A DNA stretch of 64,000 nt from positions 86,928 to 150,927 of IMG/VR virus record IMGVR_UViG_3300049919_000418; one strand, 5' to 3'. Below are positions 28,997 through 38,921 of this stretch, piece by piece. Numbering within the stretch: position 1 is the stretch's first letter; the number at the start of each line of letters is the position of its first letter. This DNA comes from a virus (lineage: Duplodnaviria; Heunggongvirae; Uroviricota; Caudoviricetes). The position numbers and the translations under genes are program-made. The notes beneath the pieces are model-generated. The model saw only the letters and a list, made by a program, of their open reading frames with translations, was not told the DNA's origin and did not search any database.

Positions 28997-29275
28997 ATGA
29001 AGGAGATACTAGAATTAACGCCGGAAGAAGGTCGTCGCATTATATGGAGCGATACGGACGAGTTTAAAACCATTAACACGGAAATTGTTGATACGGGCAG
29101 ATGGTCGATTCACAAAGAGGCAATTGTTCAGCGGTTTTCTGATGGTAAATTTTTTAAAACGGGCTTTTCGGTGGGAGCGACAGAATCGCAAGAAGAACGC
29201 CCCTTTGAATATGATTCGAAAGCATTTTTTATAGAAGTAGTTCCCGTTGAAAAAACTATCATTGTTTACGAATAA
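28997..29275 (+). CDS. hypothetical protein
   Basis: ATG 28997 in frame of ORF-track 28886..29275. Confidence 0.35.
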   Translation: MKEILELTPEEGRRIIWSDTDEFKTINTEIVDTGRWSIHKEAIVQRFSDGKFFKTGFSVGATESQEERPFEYDSKAFFIEVVPVEKTIIVYE

Positions 29276-29280
29276 TAAAT

Positions 29281-29694
29281 ATGAAAATTAATTTAAAAGC
29301 ATTTGAAAACGTCAAAAGAGGCAGCTATAAAGAGTGCTCGGACGCATGGGACAAAGCCGTTGACGAACTAAATCCCCGAAGTTGGGAAACGTATGGTGGG
29401 GAAATCTGCGGGGAGTGGTCCGTTTTTTCCATGTATGATTCAGTGGAGCCGGGAGAAGGCGAAGATTGGGACGAAGATTACGTTTTATATCCCGACTTTG
29501 AATCGAACCCCTTGGTTTGCGAAGGCAACCTTGAGATCGAAATTTGCGATTGGACTAAAGCTTCTGTCACCCTAACAAGTCCTCGAATTAACGACGTATT
29601 TCGGTTTTTTGCAAACAATCACGATGGTCACCACGGATTTCTTGAAGCTGTAAATTACGAAAAAAATAAACTAATCCTTCATTCAGGATCTTGA
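29281..29694 (+). CDS. hypothetical acidic protein
   Basis: 137-aa ORF. Confidence 0.35.
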   Translation: MKINLKAFENVKRGSYKECSDAWDKAVDELNPRSWETYGGEICGEWSVFSMYDSVEPGEGEDWDEDYVLYPDFESNPLVCEGNLEIEICDWTKASVTLTSPRINDVFRFFANNHDGHHGFLEAVNYEKNKLILHSGS

Positions 29695-29784
29695 AGGGGG
29701 CAAATTATGGAAACAGCCATTATTCTTGTCGTTATTTTTATTTGCTGCTTGGCGCACGTATTGAGGGATTAAATAGTTAAATAA

Positions 29785-30528
29785 ATGAATAAATTTTTAA
29801 ATAATATTTCCGCCGAAATCAAACCGGAATTAATGTGCGCCCTTGTGGCGGGTTCCCACCTCTACCAAATGGAGACAGGGGATTCTGATACCGATTATAG
29901 AATTATCTTTAAAGCAACAAACCCTATTTACGTTTATGGTCTTAAAGGCGCGGGAACGGTTTGCACAACTTCCGACGAAGAAGACGCCGCAAAATATGAG
30001 TTTAGACACTTTATGGGTTTAATGAGGAAAACTAATACGCAAATGGCCGAAATCCTCTTCGCTAAAGACGAAAGCTTGATTTTTTGCTCTGAGGATTTCC
30101 GTAGAGTGCGCGAGAATAGGTTTCGCTTGTTAGACTCAGAAAAGTTATTTAAAAGCCTTTGCGGGTATCTCCAGAACGAAAGACGCCTTGCCATGGGCGA
30201 GAGGGTTGGCCAACTTGGCGGAAAACGCAAAGAGGCCCTTAACAAGTGGGGTTTCTCGCCAAAAAACTGTTCTCATTTTATCCGTCTATCTGCGGTGGGT
30301 TGCGGACTGTTTCTGGAAGGAGATTATACAGTGGGAATGAAAAACCATCCACTTTTTGATTTATTAATGAATATTAAATTAAATCCCGGCGAGTTTTCTA
30401 AAGAAAGTTTGTCAGATTTGCTTGATAAGCATGAACAATTACTTTTAGATGCCTACGCAGGGCGCAAATTCAACTTCACGTTTGATGATGAACTTGCAGG
30501 AGAACTTTTAAAGCAGGCTTACCATTAA
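29785..30528 (+). CDS. putative nucleotidyltransferase (Pol-beta superfamily)
   Basis: GSHLYQMETGDSDTDYRII fits G[GS]-x(9-13)-DxD NTase core. Confidence 0.4.
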   Translation: MNKFLNNISAEIKPELMCALVAGSHLYQMETGDSDTDYRIIFKATNPIYVYGLKGAGTVCTTSDEEDAAKYEFRHFMGLMRKTNTQMAEILFAKDESLIFCSEDFRRVRENRFRLLDSEKLFKSLCGYLQNERRLAMGERVGQLGGKRKEALNKWGFSPKNCSHFIRLSAVGCGLFLEGDYTVGMKNHPLFDLLMNIKLNPGEFSKESLSDLLDKHEQLLLDAYAGRKFNFTFDDELAGELLKQAYH

Positions 30529-30906
30529 ATAATGTCAAACGAACCAACGCCCGAAGAAATCCATCGCAAAAATACGATGGAGTGGGCGAATCACCTTGCG
30601 AATCTTGTTGTAGGCGGGCCGCAGTATTTTGTTGACGGACGGTTTGATTTAAGCTTCAATACGGGCGAGGAAATTATTAAAATTAGCCTTAGCCGCGAAC
30701 CGAATAACGTCATCCCTTTTCCAGTTAAAAAGCCACTACCAAAAAGAATATGATTTATATTAACCTTATAGCCGCGCTTGTTTCGCTATTTTTTACATTT
30801 TTTTCTATTTATCAGGAGCTACCGGGATGGACGGTGGGAATAAATCTTTTTGCACTTGTTTTAAATGCAGCCTCTGTGGCTCACGCCCTTATTATAAAAT
30901 AAAGAT

Positions 30907-31275
30907 ATGTTAGAGGTAACCTTGGTTTTTACTTTAATAATTGGGGGAGCTGCGTCTATTGCAGTCCTTTCAACTGATCGGGGAGCAGGAATTGTTATGG
31001 CTTTTATTGTAGTCATCCTCGCTCTTGTTTTTTCTATAATTCCCGTAAAGGAAACGCACACTTATTCAGACGCAATCGCAACAAAAGCGGGTGGTGAAAT
31101 TTTTGTTCAAGCGCCGGGGTTTAAAACGATGATTGTCACCGACATGAAATTTATTGATAAACCTTTGGTTTTTAAAAAAGTTATCGCGCAGAATATTTAC
31201 GGATGCACACCTTCAATTGATTATTTTGTCACACAAAGTGTGGAAATTAAACAACAACCAGAATCAAATAAATGA
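30907..31275 (+). CDS. membrane protein
   Basis: two long hydrophobic segments. Confidence 0.35.
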   Translation: MLEVTLVFTLIIGGAASIAVLSTDRGAGIVMAFIVVILALVFSIIPVKETHTYSDAIATKAGGEIFVQAPGFKTMIVTDMKFIDKPLVFKKVIAQNIYGCTPSIDYFVTQSVEIKQQPESNK

Positions 31276-31523
31276 AATATATATACTTACTATTATCGAT
31301 GGCGTTTGCCATTGCGGCCTATCGTTTTGGATGGGTTTTCGAGGGTGGCGAAGCGATTGCTGCCGTGGGCCAAGTGCGACGGGGCTTTGATTATGCAGAG
31401 GCTCGCGCCGGAATGGAATTTTGGCAAAGCGGCCTTTTAATCTGCCAATTCCTTTCGGGGATATTTTTCGGATTATTTCTCTTTACAACCTTCAAGAAAA
31501 AGAATAAAAAACAAACGACATGA
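31272..31523 (+). CDS. small membrane protein
   Basis: hydrophobic 83-aa ORF. Confidence 0.3.
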   Translation: MKYIYLLLSMAFAIAAYRFGWVFEGGEAIAAVGQVRRGFDYAEARAGMEFWQSGLLICQFLSGIFFGLFLFTTFKKKNKKQTT

Positions 31524-32497
31524 GAAATAAAACATTAAAATTGGCGGCGGGACTTTGTGCATTGGCGCTTTGCTCTTGTATGAAACCTGTTCGCGTTGAC
31601 CCTATCAAGGAAATCGAACCAAACGAAACGGCATTTGTGATCCCCTTGGAGCTCGGATCAGAGAATCAAGAGCGGCTTGAAAGCGTCGAGTATTTGAAAG
31701 CGAATCAGGTGGCGGCAAAGCGGATTATCATTCCTCAGCGAGAGCGGCAAATTGGCCGCATGGGACATCAGGTTGAATGGATTCCAACCGTAAGGGTTAT
31801 CACCGTTGACCGCACACCAGTTACTCGAAACTGGATTTACGATCCAAAAGAATACTCAAAGGATAACGGAACATCGACAAGAACATTTGGCGTTGAATCA
31901 AAGGATAGTATCGGTTTTAACGTTGGCGTGAATGCATCCGCTTATGTTGAGGAGGCCGACACCGCTATTTATTTATATTATTATCGTGGCGGTGATCTAA
32001 AAGACGTTATGGATAGAAATATTCGCGAAAAGGTTCACACTGTATTGTCTCAGGAATTTGCAAATAGAACCTTACAGGATTGTAAAACACAAAAAAACGA
32101 AATAACAACCGCGCTTAAAGAGCAGGTTGCCAAGCACTTTAAAGCCTATGGAATTACAATCACATCTATCGGGATGGCAGAAGGTTTGGTTTTTGACCAG
32201 CCAGAAATTCAGAAAGCAATTAATGACGCATATGTAGCAGAAATGCTTGTTGAGCAGGAAAAACAAAAAACTTTTCAGCAAGCTGAAGTTAACAAGCGCC
32301 TTTTGTCGGAAGCTCAAGGTCAAAAAGCGCAAGCCATGGAGTTCGCGGCAGCAGCGGAAGAACGGAAAAAGTTAGTTGATATTGAAATCCAAATGATCAA
32401 AGCTAAAGCCCTGTCGGAAGCAGTTAATAAGTGGGACGGCAAAACGCCAACTATGATTACAGGGGAAGCGACAAACCTCTTGATGCAGCTTAAGTAA
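31520..32497 (+). CDS. lipoprotein with SPFH/band-7-like region
   Basis: lipobox-like LALCSC after signal; C-terminal Ala/Glu/Gln-rich coiled coil as in HflK/C-type proteins. Confidence 0.35.
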   Translation: MRNKTLKLAAGLCALALCSCMKPVRVDPIKEIEPNETAFVIPLELGSENQERLESVEYLKANQVAAKRIIIPQRERQIGRMGHQVEWIPTVRVITVDRTPVTRNWIYDPKEYSKDNGTSTRTFGVESKDSIGFNVGVNASAYVEEADTAIYLYYYRGGDLKDVMDRNIREKVHTVLSQEFANRTLQDCKTQKNEITTALKEQVAKHFKAYGITITSIGMAEGLVFDQPEIQKAINDAYVAEMLVEQEKQKTFQQAEVNKRLLSEAQGQKAQAMEFAAAAEERKKLVDIEIQMIKAKALSEAVNKWDGKTPTMITGEATNLLMQLK

Positions 32498-32508
32498 GTT
32501 TAAAATGA

Positions 32509-32534
32509 TAGGCGGGTGTAAAAGCCCGCCTATT
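32509..32534 (+). terminator. rho-independent terminator-like hairpin TAGGCGGG-TGTAAAA-GCCCGCCTA
   Basis: 8-bp perfect stem 12 nt after stop of 31520..32497, followed by TT. Confidence 0.45.
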
Positions 32535-32545
32535 AACATTAATAA

Positions 32546-32848
32546 ATGAAAAAGATTTTTAAATACCCCCTTCCGGCGAAGGAGAAGTATGAATTGGAAT
32601 TGCCGCTAGGCGCTCAGATTATTCGTGTTGAAGACGTTGATGGGTTGTTTTTTCTTTGGGCGGCTGTCAACCCAGAGGAGCATTTAACAGAATCGAGATA
32701 CTTGGAGTTCTATAAGACCGGGCAGGAAATTCACACTCCGATGAGGGATTTAAAGTTTCTTGGCATCTGCAAAATGTTTATCATGCAAGAATTATGCTTG
32801 TATGTTTTTGAAAATACGCAAAAATATCGAAAAAATACCCTATTTTGA
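32546..32848 (+). CDS. hypothetical protein
   Basis: 100-aa ORF. Confidence 0.35.
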   Translation: MKKIFKYPLPAKEKYELELPLGAQIIRVEDVDGLFFLWAAVNPEEHLTESRYLEFYKTGQEIHTPMRDLKFLGICKMFIMQELCLYVFENTQKYRKNTLF

Positions 32849-33468
32849 AGAATTACGGCGCGGCACCACATTTGTTGGGAAACTACTCGGTTGATGCCGG
32901 GGAAATGTTTTTATATCAATATTTACCAATTAAATTGGTCGGATCTTCTGAGTTAAAATACGAGGAAAGGTTAAAGATTTTTGATGAAATTATTGGCCGC
33001 GCCGCATGCGACTTTATCGGAGTGCGAGGATTGGACGAATACGTTGAAAGTTACATTTATGTTACTGCAAAGCGTATGTTTGTGAAGCCGGGTTGCGGCT
33101 ATAACCGGGGAAATTTTCACTCAGATTCGTTCGGAACAAATGAAATTAATTACATTTGGTCGGACAAATTTCCAACAATCTTTAATAGGACGCTCTTCAA
33201 GCTACCCGATGACGACCGAGAGTCTTTGTTGGCCATGGCCGCTCAAGCAGCGCCACGGAACGACTACAGCTTTAAAGAAGGCGACCTGTTAAGATTAACG
33301 GAGCTTAACATTCACAAAGTCGCGCCAATCACTGAAGTTTGCATGCGAACATTTATTAAAATATCATTTAGTAAAAATAAATGGGCGCTGGTGGGGAATA
33401 GTAAGAACTTTCTCTTGTCTTACAATTGGGAAATGGCTACACGTTCTCTCGAAAGAAATATTCCATAA
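32845..33468 (+). CDS. hypothetical protein
   Basis: 207-aa ORF. Confidence 0.4.
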   Translation: MKNYGAAPHLLGNYSVDAGEMFLYQYLPIKLVGSSELKYEERLKIFDEIIGRAACDFIGVRGLDEYVESYIYVTAKRMFVKPGCGYNRGNFHSDSFGTNEINYIWSDKFPTIFNRTLFKLPDDDRESLLAMAAQAAPRNDYSFKEGDLLRLTELNIHKVAPITEVCMRTFIKISFSKNKWALVGNSKNFLLSYNWEMATRSLERNIP

Positions 33469-33833
33469 TGACCAAAGAAGAAAAAAATAATTTAATCGCG
33501 ACAAGTAAGGGTTGGACCAACATCAAAGAGCGGATTTTCCTTTCCGCTTGCATGAAAACGCCTGTCGGCTACGCCCCGGGAACGGATGGACCCTACTATT
33601 CAACCATTCCAGATTACAGCGGCGACTTGAATTTGATTCACGACGCAATTAATGATGAGCTTGATAGAATTGACCAAGAATTTTACCATCGGTTGGAAAC
33701 GGTTTGTTACGAAAATAGAAACCTTTTGCCCTGTCCTGCTGGAAACAGGGAGATTGGTTTTTCTGGTTGGATTGCTCACGCAACGGCGGAAAACCTTTGT
33801 GACGCTTATATCGCTTATTTTAAACTTTCTTAA
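33468..33833 (+). CDS. hypothetical protein
   Basis: ATG 33468 in frame of ORF-track 33426..33833; ATAATGA overlap. Confidence 0.35.
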   Translation: MTKEEKNNLIATSKGWTNIKERIFLSACMKTPVGYAPGTDGPYYSTIPDYSGDLNLIHDAINDELDRIDQEFYHRLETVCYENRNLLPCPAGNREIGFSGWIAHATAENLCDAYIAYFKLS

Positions 33834-33835
33834 AT

Positions 33836-34318
33836 ATGAAATCTTACTTCGCCCCAAAATTAACGTTAGAAAAAGACGAGGTTTTCGTTTTTGGAGGCAA
33901 CAAACATGGGTTTTCTGGCGCTGGCAGCGCGGGATACGCTACTTTCAATAAACCCGGCAATCATTGGCGTGCGGAAAAATACGACGAACGCCCGCACGGT
34001 TGGTTAGGTTGTTGGAACGTTAAGGGTTGCGCCGAGGGGTTTCAAGTCGGAACAATCGGCAAAAGCTACGCGATCCCAACGGTTACAAAACCGGGCGAAA
34101 AGAAAAGCATTAGTTTGCACGATATTGGTTTGAGCGTGAGAAGTTTTTATGCGTTTGCAATTTCTCGCCCAAACTTGAATTTTTTTGTTGCGCAGGGCGG
34201 AAAAATAGGGCTAAATGGGTGGAGTCCAGAGGAAATGGCATCCTGCTATTTGGTGATGCGTCCACCGGAAAATGTTTATTTCGAAGACGCTTTTTATAAA
34301 ATATTAAAATCAAAATGA
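33836..34318 (+). CDS. hypothetical protein
   Basis: 160-aa ORF. Confidence 0.4.
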   Translation: MKSYFAPKLTLEKDEVFVFGGNKHGFSGAGSAGYATFNKPGNHWRAEKYDERPHGWLGCWNVKGCAEGFQVGTIGKSYAIPTVTKPGEKKSISLHDIGLSVRSFYAFAISRPNLNFFVAQGGKIGLNGWSPEEMASCYLVMRPPENVYFEDAFYKILKSK

Positions 34319-34794
34319 AATTCCCAACTTGCAGTAAATTTGGCCAACGCCATTGGATTGTTAATTGTTTTATCGAGGTTGAACTTGATAAAGCATTAAA
34401 AAACCTTGTTTTTGATTTCGGCGACACCGAAAAACAATTAACGCGCAAGCAAAAAAACTCAATGATTCGCGCCGCGAAAACTCATTTGGTTCGTAAGTTG
34501 GTTTGCGATACGCTTGCAGAGTGGCGCGAACGATTTCCTGATATTGGGTGCGGGCCAATTAAAATTCGGCGCTACGGGATAGAATATATTTACATGCGCA
34601 GTCCGGTAACATTTCTTTATGAGTGGCGGCGGAATAATTGTCTTGATGAGTCGTTCGCTCCTAATTACTGTGAGTCACTACGAATGATAAAGCTCTTTAC
34701 TCAGGCACTATGGAATAAGCATGAGGAAAACGTTGGGCTTGAATTTGCCGAAAGAAAAGCAAGGATTGAAAGAGCATATCAAAATTTTAAATAA
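34315..34794 (+). CDS. hypothetical protein
   Basis: 159-aa ORF. Confidence 0.4.
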   Translation: MKFPTCSKFGQRHWIVNCFIEVELDKALKNLVFDFGDTEKQLTRKQKNSMIRAAKTHLVRKLVCDTLAEWRERFPDIGCGPIKIRRYGIEYIYMRSPVTFLYEWRRNNCLDESFAPNYCESLRMIKLFTQALWNKHEENVGLEFAERKARIERAYQNFK

Positions 34795-35482
34795 TCTTGC
34801 TAACAAAACTATGCACTCTCTTTATCCACTCCAGCCATTCATTAAGGGGTAAGGTTGATTTAGAATTGTTGCAAATTTTACAACACGGAACGCAGTTGTC
34901 GGAAACATAACCAATTTTATTGTCAACTCTATCCACGCCATTATGAAGAAACTCCTCTTTCACATGCTTTAATCTATTGTTGTCCTGAAGTGAATTTTCA
35001 AGGCCGCAATAGTGACAGGGCTTTAAAATTATTTCTTTAAATTGCTCTAACGTTAACTCAAAATCATATTTCCTTCTAAGGGCAGCGGATTTATAATTTT
35101 TGTAAATTTTATTTAAAGCAGAAACACCAAATCCCTTGTAAACTCTTTCTGACATTTTTTCTTTTGCCAAGCAACCACACGAAGCGTGTTTTCCGTTTTT
35201 AAGAGAGGAGCTATGGGCGGTTGTATAGCTCCCGCAATCACAAAGACATTTGTATCCAGCGTATCTTCCTTCGTTTTTCTCAACGACTGTTAACCTACCA
35301 AATTTCTGACCAATAAAGTTTTTAACTTTCGAGTGGCACGCGCCTTTAGAACACGAAGAAATCTTTCCCGAATCAACTTTATACTTTACAGCCGAGAATT
35401 TTCGTCCACAATCACACAAGCATTCGCAATAAAGGGCTTTCCCGGTTTTAAAATTTTTTTGAAACTCTTTTAATACTTTCAT
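34787..35482 (-). CDS. HNH homing endonuclease (HNH_3-type)
   Basis: GVDRVDNKIGYVSDNCVPCCKICNNSK matches D-R-I-D-N..GY..NC..CC..CN HNH pattern; minus strand. Confidence 0.65.
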   Translation of the reverse strand: MKVLKEFQKNFKTGKALYCECLCDCGRKFSAVKYKVDSGKISSCSKGACHSKVKNFIGQKFGRLTVVEKNEGRYAGYKCLCDCGSYTTAHSSSLKNGKHASCGCLAKEKMSERVYKGFGVSALNKIYKNYKSAALRRKYDFELTLEQFKEIILKPCHYCGLENSLQDNNRLKHVKEEFLHNGVDRVDNKIGYVSDNCVPCCKICNNSKSTLPLNEWLEWIKRVHSFVSKII

Positions 35483-35522
35483 ACTTTACATTACACTAAA
35501 AACAAGATAATTTGATTAAAAA

Positions 35523-36923
35523 ATGAATAATATTCTATTTCAAACAGATAGCTACAAAGTTTCCCAATGGAAAGTTTATCCAGAAAAAATGACCAAAATG
35601 TTTTCGTATCTCGAAAGCAGAGGGGGCGAAGCGGACGAAACGATGTTTTTTGGTCTTCAATATTTTATTAAAAAATACCTTACAGGTGTTCGCGTCACTC
35701 GTGAAGGAATAGACGAAATGGAAGAATTTTGTTTGGCTCACTTTGGGAGAAACGATGTTTTCAATAAACGCGGCTGGGAGTATATTTTGGAAAATCATGG
35801 CGGACGTTTGCCGGTTTCCATTAAATCTGTTCTTGAGGGAACGGTTGTGCCAACGAAAAACATTTTGGTATCTGTTGAAAACACAGATCCGAATTGCGCT
35901 TGGCTTGTCAACTATCTTGAAACCTTAATTTTGAAAATTTGGTATTCGATTTCCGTTGCAACTCGTTCGCACGAAATCAAAAAAAATATCGTAAGGCATT
36001 TAGAAAAAAGCGGCACGCCAGAAGCGGCACCCTTTAAAGTTGTGGATTTCGGATATCGTGGTTGCTCGTCTGAAGAGCAGGCTGGAATTGGCGGGCTAGC
36101 CCACTTGGTTTCTTTTTCCGCAACCGACACTATCGCGGCAATCGTTTTGGGGAAAGAGTTTTATGATAGTGGAGTGTGCGGATTTTCGATTCCCGCTACA
36201 GAACATTCTGTAATGGTTGCAAAAGGTAAAGGTGGCGAACTTGAGCAATGCAAACGATTTCTTGAACAGTATCCCGATGGATTGGTTGCTTGCGTATCCG
36301 ATACTTACGATATTTTCAATTGCTGCGAAAATATTTGGGGCGGAGAGTTAAAAGATATTGTTGAAAACCGAAACGGAACTTTAGTTATTCGACCAGACAG
36401 CGGAGACTTTTTTGAAGTTGTTCCAAGTTTGTTGAATATTCTTTCAAATAAATTTGAATTTTATGTTAATGCAAAGGGCTACCGGGTTCTTAATGATAAG
36501 GTGAGGTTAATTCAGGGTGATGGAATGAACCCTCGCACTATGGACCGGCTTTATGAAAAAATCATTGAGTTGGGGTGGAGCGCAGACAACCTAACTGTTG
36601 GTTCTGGGGGCGGATTATTGATTGAAGGGCTTACGAGAGACACGCATAAATTCGCCATTAAAGCATCTTGGGCTGAAATTGATGGGAAATCGGTTGAGCT
36701 ATTTAAGTCCCCGATTACTGATTCTGGAAAATCTTCCAAGGCGGGCCGACTAAAGCTCGTCAAAGAAATTCGAAAGGACGGGGCTTCTAAATATAAAACA
36801 TTTACAAGCAGCCATCCTTTGTTCCACGATTTCAAAGATGAACTTGTTGAAGTTTTCCGCGATGGTAAACTTTTAATTGATCAAACTTTTGCTGAAATTC
36901 GGGCGCGGGCCGATCAATTTTAA
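35523..36923 (+). CDS. nicotinamide phosphoribosyltransferase (NAMPT/NadV-like)
   Basis: 466-aa ORF, length and overall similarity recalled for phage NadV (KVP40-type); not verifiable without search. Confidence 0.5.
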   Translation: MNNILFQTDSYKVSQWKVYPEKMTKMFSYLESRGGEADETMFFGLQYFIKKYLTGVRVTREGIDEMEEFCLAHFGRNDVFNKRGWEYILENHGGRLPVSIKSVLEGTVVPTKNILVSVENTDPNCAWLVNYLETLILKIWYSISVATRSHEIKKNIVRHLEKSGTPEAAPFKVVDFGYRGCSSEEQAGIGGLAHLVSFSATDTIAAIVLGKEFYDSGVCGFSIPATEHSVMVAKGKGGELEQCKRFLEQYPDGLVACVSDTYDIFNCCENIWGGELKDIVENRNGTLVIRPDSGDFFEVVPSLLNILSNKFEFYVNAKGYRVLNDKVRLIQGDGMNPRTMDRLYEKIIELGWSADNLTVGSGGGLLIEGLTRDTHKFAIKASWAEIDGKSVELFKSPITDSGKSSKAGRLKLVKEIRKDGASKYKTFTSSHPLFHDFKDELVEVFRDGKLLIDQTFAEIRARADQF

Positions 36924-37216
36924 TTATATGAACGCAAAAGAAGCCAAGCAATTATCCGAAGAAAATCTTAAGGGTGCTGTAATCGCGCCCTTTATGGTGG
37001 AGATTTACAAAAAATTGAGGTGGCCGCGAAAGAGGGGAAATTCTCTATCACAAATCCATTTAGTTTTGGTCGAAGCCCGTCGCCAAGTTGGGAAGCCGAA
37101 AAGGAAATGATGAATGTCTTAAGGGCGGAAGGTTATCAAATTGTGAATCATCCCGATCCAGATCCCGGCGACATGCGTTCGGGCGGCGGATACACAGAAT
37201 TGAGCTGGAAATAGAA

Positions 37217-37855
37217 ATGAATTACAAAAAAATACTTAACGGCCTCGCTATCTTAAGTGTCGTGGCGTATTTTATTGAAGTTGGCGCGGAGGTTCCGGGC
37301 CAATTTTGTTTTTTGTGCTTTGAAAGGTTTGTTGCGGCGGTTTTCACGCTGGAATTGATTTGGCAGTTACGAACGGAAAAGCAGTATTGGAAAACGGGAG
37401 AATTTGTTGTTGACTTACTTTCGATTCTCCCCTTTTATGTCGGCTTCTTTGTCGCGCCGGAACACATGGAGTTCATTCGAACCCTGCGCGTGTTGAGATT
37501 GCTTAAGCTTTTCTGGCACAACGAAGCGTTTGAAGTGATGAAGGTTGCCTTTGCGTTAGCTTGGCCATCGCTGAAAAACGTTGGCTTCTGTCTGATTTGT
37601 CTGAGTCTTTTTTGCGCGGCGGTGTTGTTCCAAGTCGAGAAAGAGACATTCGGCACAATTGGAAATACTTTGTATTTTGTGTTGACAACGACAACAACAA
37701 TCGGATTCGGGGATTTCTCTCCGAAAACCCCGGCTGGAAAAATCATCACAATTGGATTGCTTTACGGCCCGTCATTGCTGGTTTGCGGTTCATTTGTTGG
37801 TGTGGTTTGTAGCTCGTATCAAACGGCGCTGGAGAATTTTAAGAAGAAGAAATAA
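37217..37855 (+). CDS. potassium channel protein (voltage-sensor-like S4 plus pore)
   Basis: selectivity filter TTTTIGFGD (TxGYGD-type); Arg-periodic RTLRVLRLLKLF segment; multiple TM helices. Confidence 0.55.
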   Translation: MNYKKILNGLAILSVVAYFIEVGAEVPGQFCFLCFERFVAAVFTLELIWQLRTEKQYWKTGEFVVDLLSILPFYVGFFVAPEHMEFIRTLRVLRLLKLFWHNEAFEVMKVAFALAWPSLKNVGFCLICLSLFCAAVLFQVEKETFGTIGNTLYFVLTTTTTIGFGDFSPKTPAGKIITIGLLYGPSLLVCGSFVGVVCSSYQTALENFKKKK

Positions 37856-37860
37856 TTATA

Positions 37861-38658
37861 ATGAAATATATATTAATAGCAACTTGCATTATGGTTTGTA
37901 TTGGCGCGTGGGCAATTGAAAGGAACCATAAAGAATCCGAAAGGCTCGCCCTACAAAAAGAATTGAGGGAAGAGATTCAAAGAGAATCACTTTCAAACGC
38001 CAAGCTTATTGTGGCGGAAGAGCGCCCAAAGGTAGAAGAAATTAAACCAACTGCCAGAATTGAAGCCCCAGTTTTCGTGCCCGAAATTAAAAAGATTTTG
38101 GTTGACAACCAAGCGAACCGAGAAAAGGATATTGGCGCAAAACTTCCGAAATTAATTATTAACGATAGGGACTACCTAGACGTAACAATTACAAAGATTG
38201 ATCCAGATAAAATTTATATTCGACATTCTACGGGAACTAGGGGAATCGATTACAATCAATTCCCAATCGAATACACAAAAAATTGGACATTCAATGAAAA
38301 CGAGGTTGCACAGTTTAATCAAAAAATGGCGACCCTTTATGTTCCAACTGAAGAGCCTGAGTCAGCAAAAGAAGTTCCCCAAAACCAACCCGTAGTTAGT
38401 CCTGAGGCACGGGAAAAGAAGAACTCTATAATTGCACACTATAAAAGTATTATTTCGCAAAACGAAAGTGAGATAGGCAGGCTACAGAGTGAATTACAGA
38501 ATGACACTCGGGATTATAATTATAATAAAAATATTGTTCGAGATAGGGCTAGGGGTGGTTCGAAAAGAAGTCCCGCCGACATAAGTAGGGATATTTCTTC
38601 AAGGCGAGAGCAAAATCGTAGGTTGTTGGCAGAGATAGCCAATTTACAATCCAAATAA
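37861..38658 (+). CDS. hypothetical coiled-coil protein with N-terminal TM
   Basis: 265-aa ORF. Confidence 0.4.
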   Translation: MKYILIATCIMVCIGAWAIERNHKESERLALQKELREEIQRESLSNAKLIVAEERPKVEEIKPTARIEAPVFVPEIKKILVDNQANREKDIGAKLPKLIINDRDYLDVTITKIDPDKIYIRHSTGTRGIDYNQFPIEYTKNWTFNENEVAQFNQKMATLYVPTEEPESAKEVPQNQPVVSPEAREKKNSIIAHYKSIISQNESEIGRLQSELQNDTRDYNYNKNIVRDRARGGSKRSPADISRDISSRREQNRRLLAEIANLQSK

Positions 38659-38921
38659 TAAAAATATGAATAAAAATACAATTGGCGGCATTTTCTTCTT
38701 TCTCTTGGGTCTTTTTGCTCCGTTTTATATTGGGTGCGAATTACTGCCCGATGGGTGGGTCGGGAATCAAGAGCCGGGGTTTTGGTGGACAATTCCGGCT
38801 GTAGTTTGCTTGATTTTTGGGGGAATCATGTCGATTATTTTTGGGCTCGCCACATTTTTTGAAGATTAATCGTTGACAAGTAGGATCATTAGTTTATGAT
38901 TCGCCCCTACGACAAAATATC

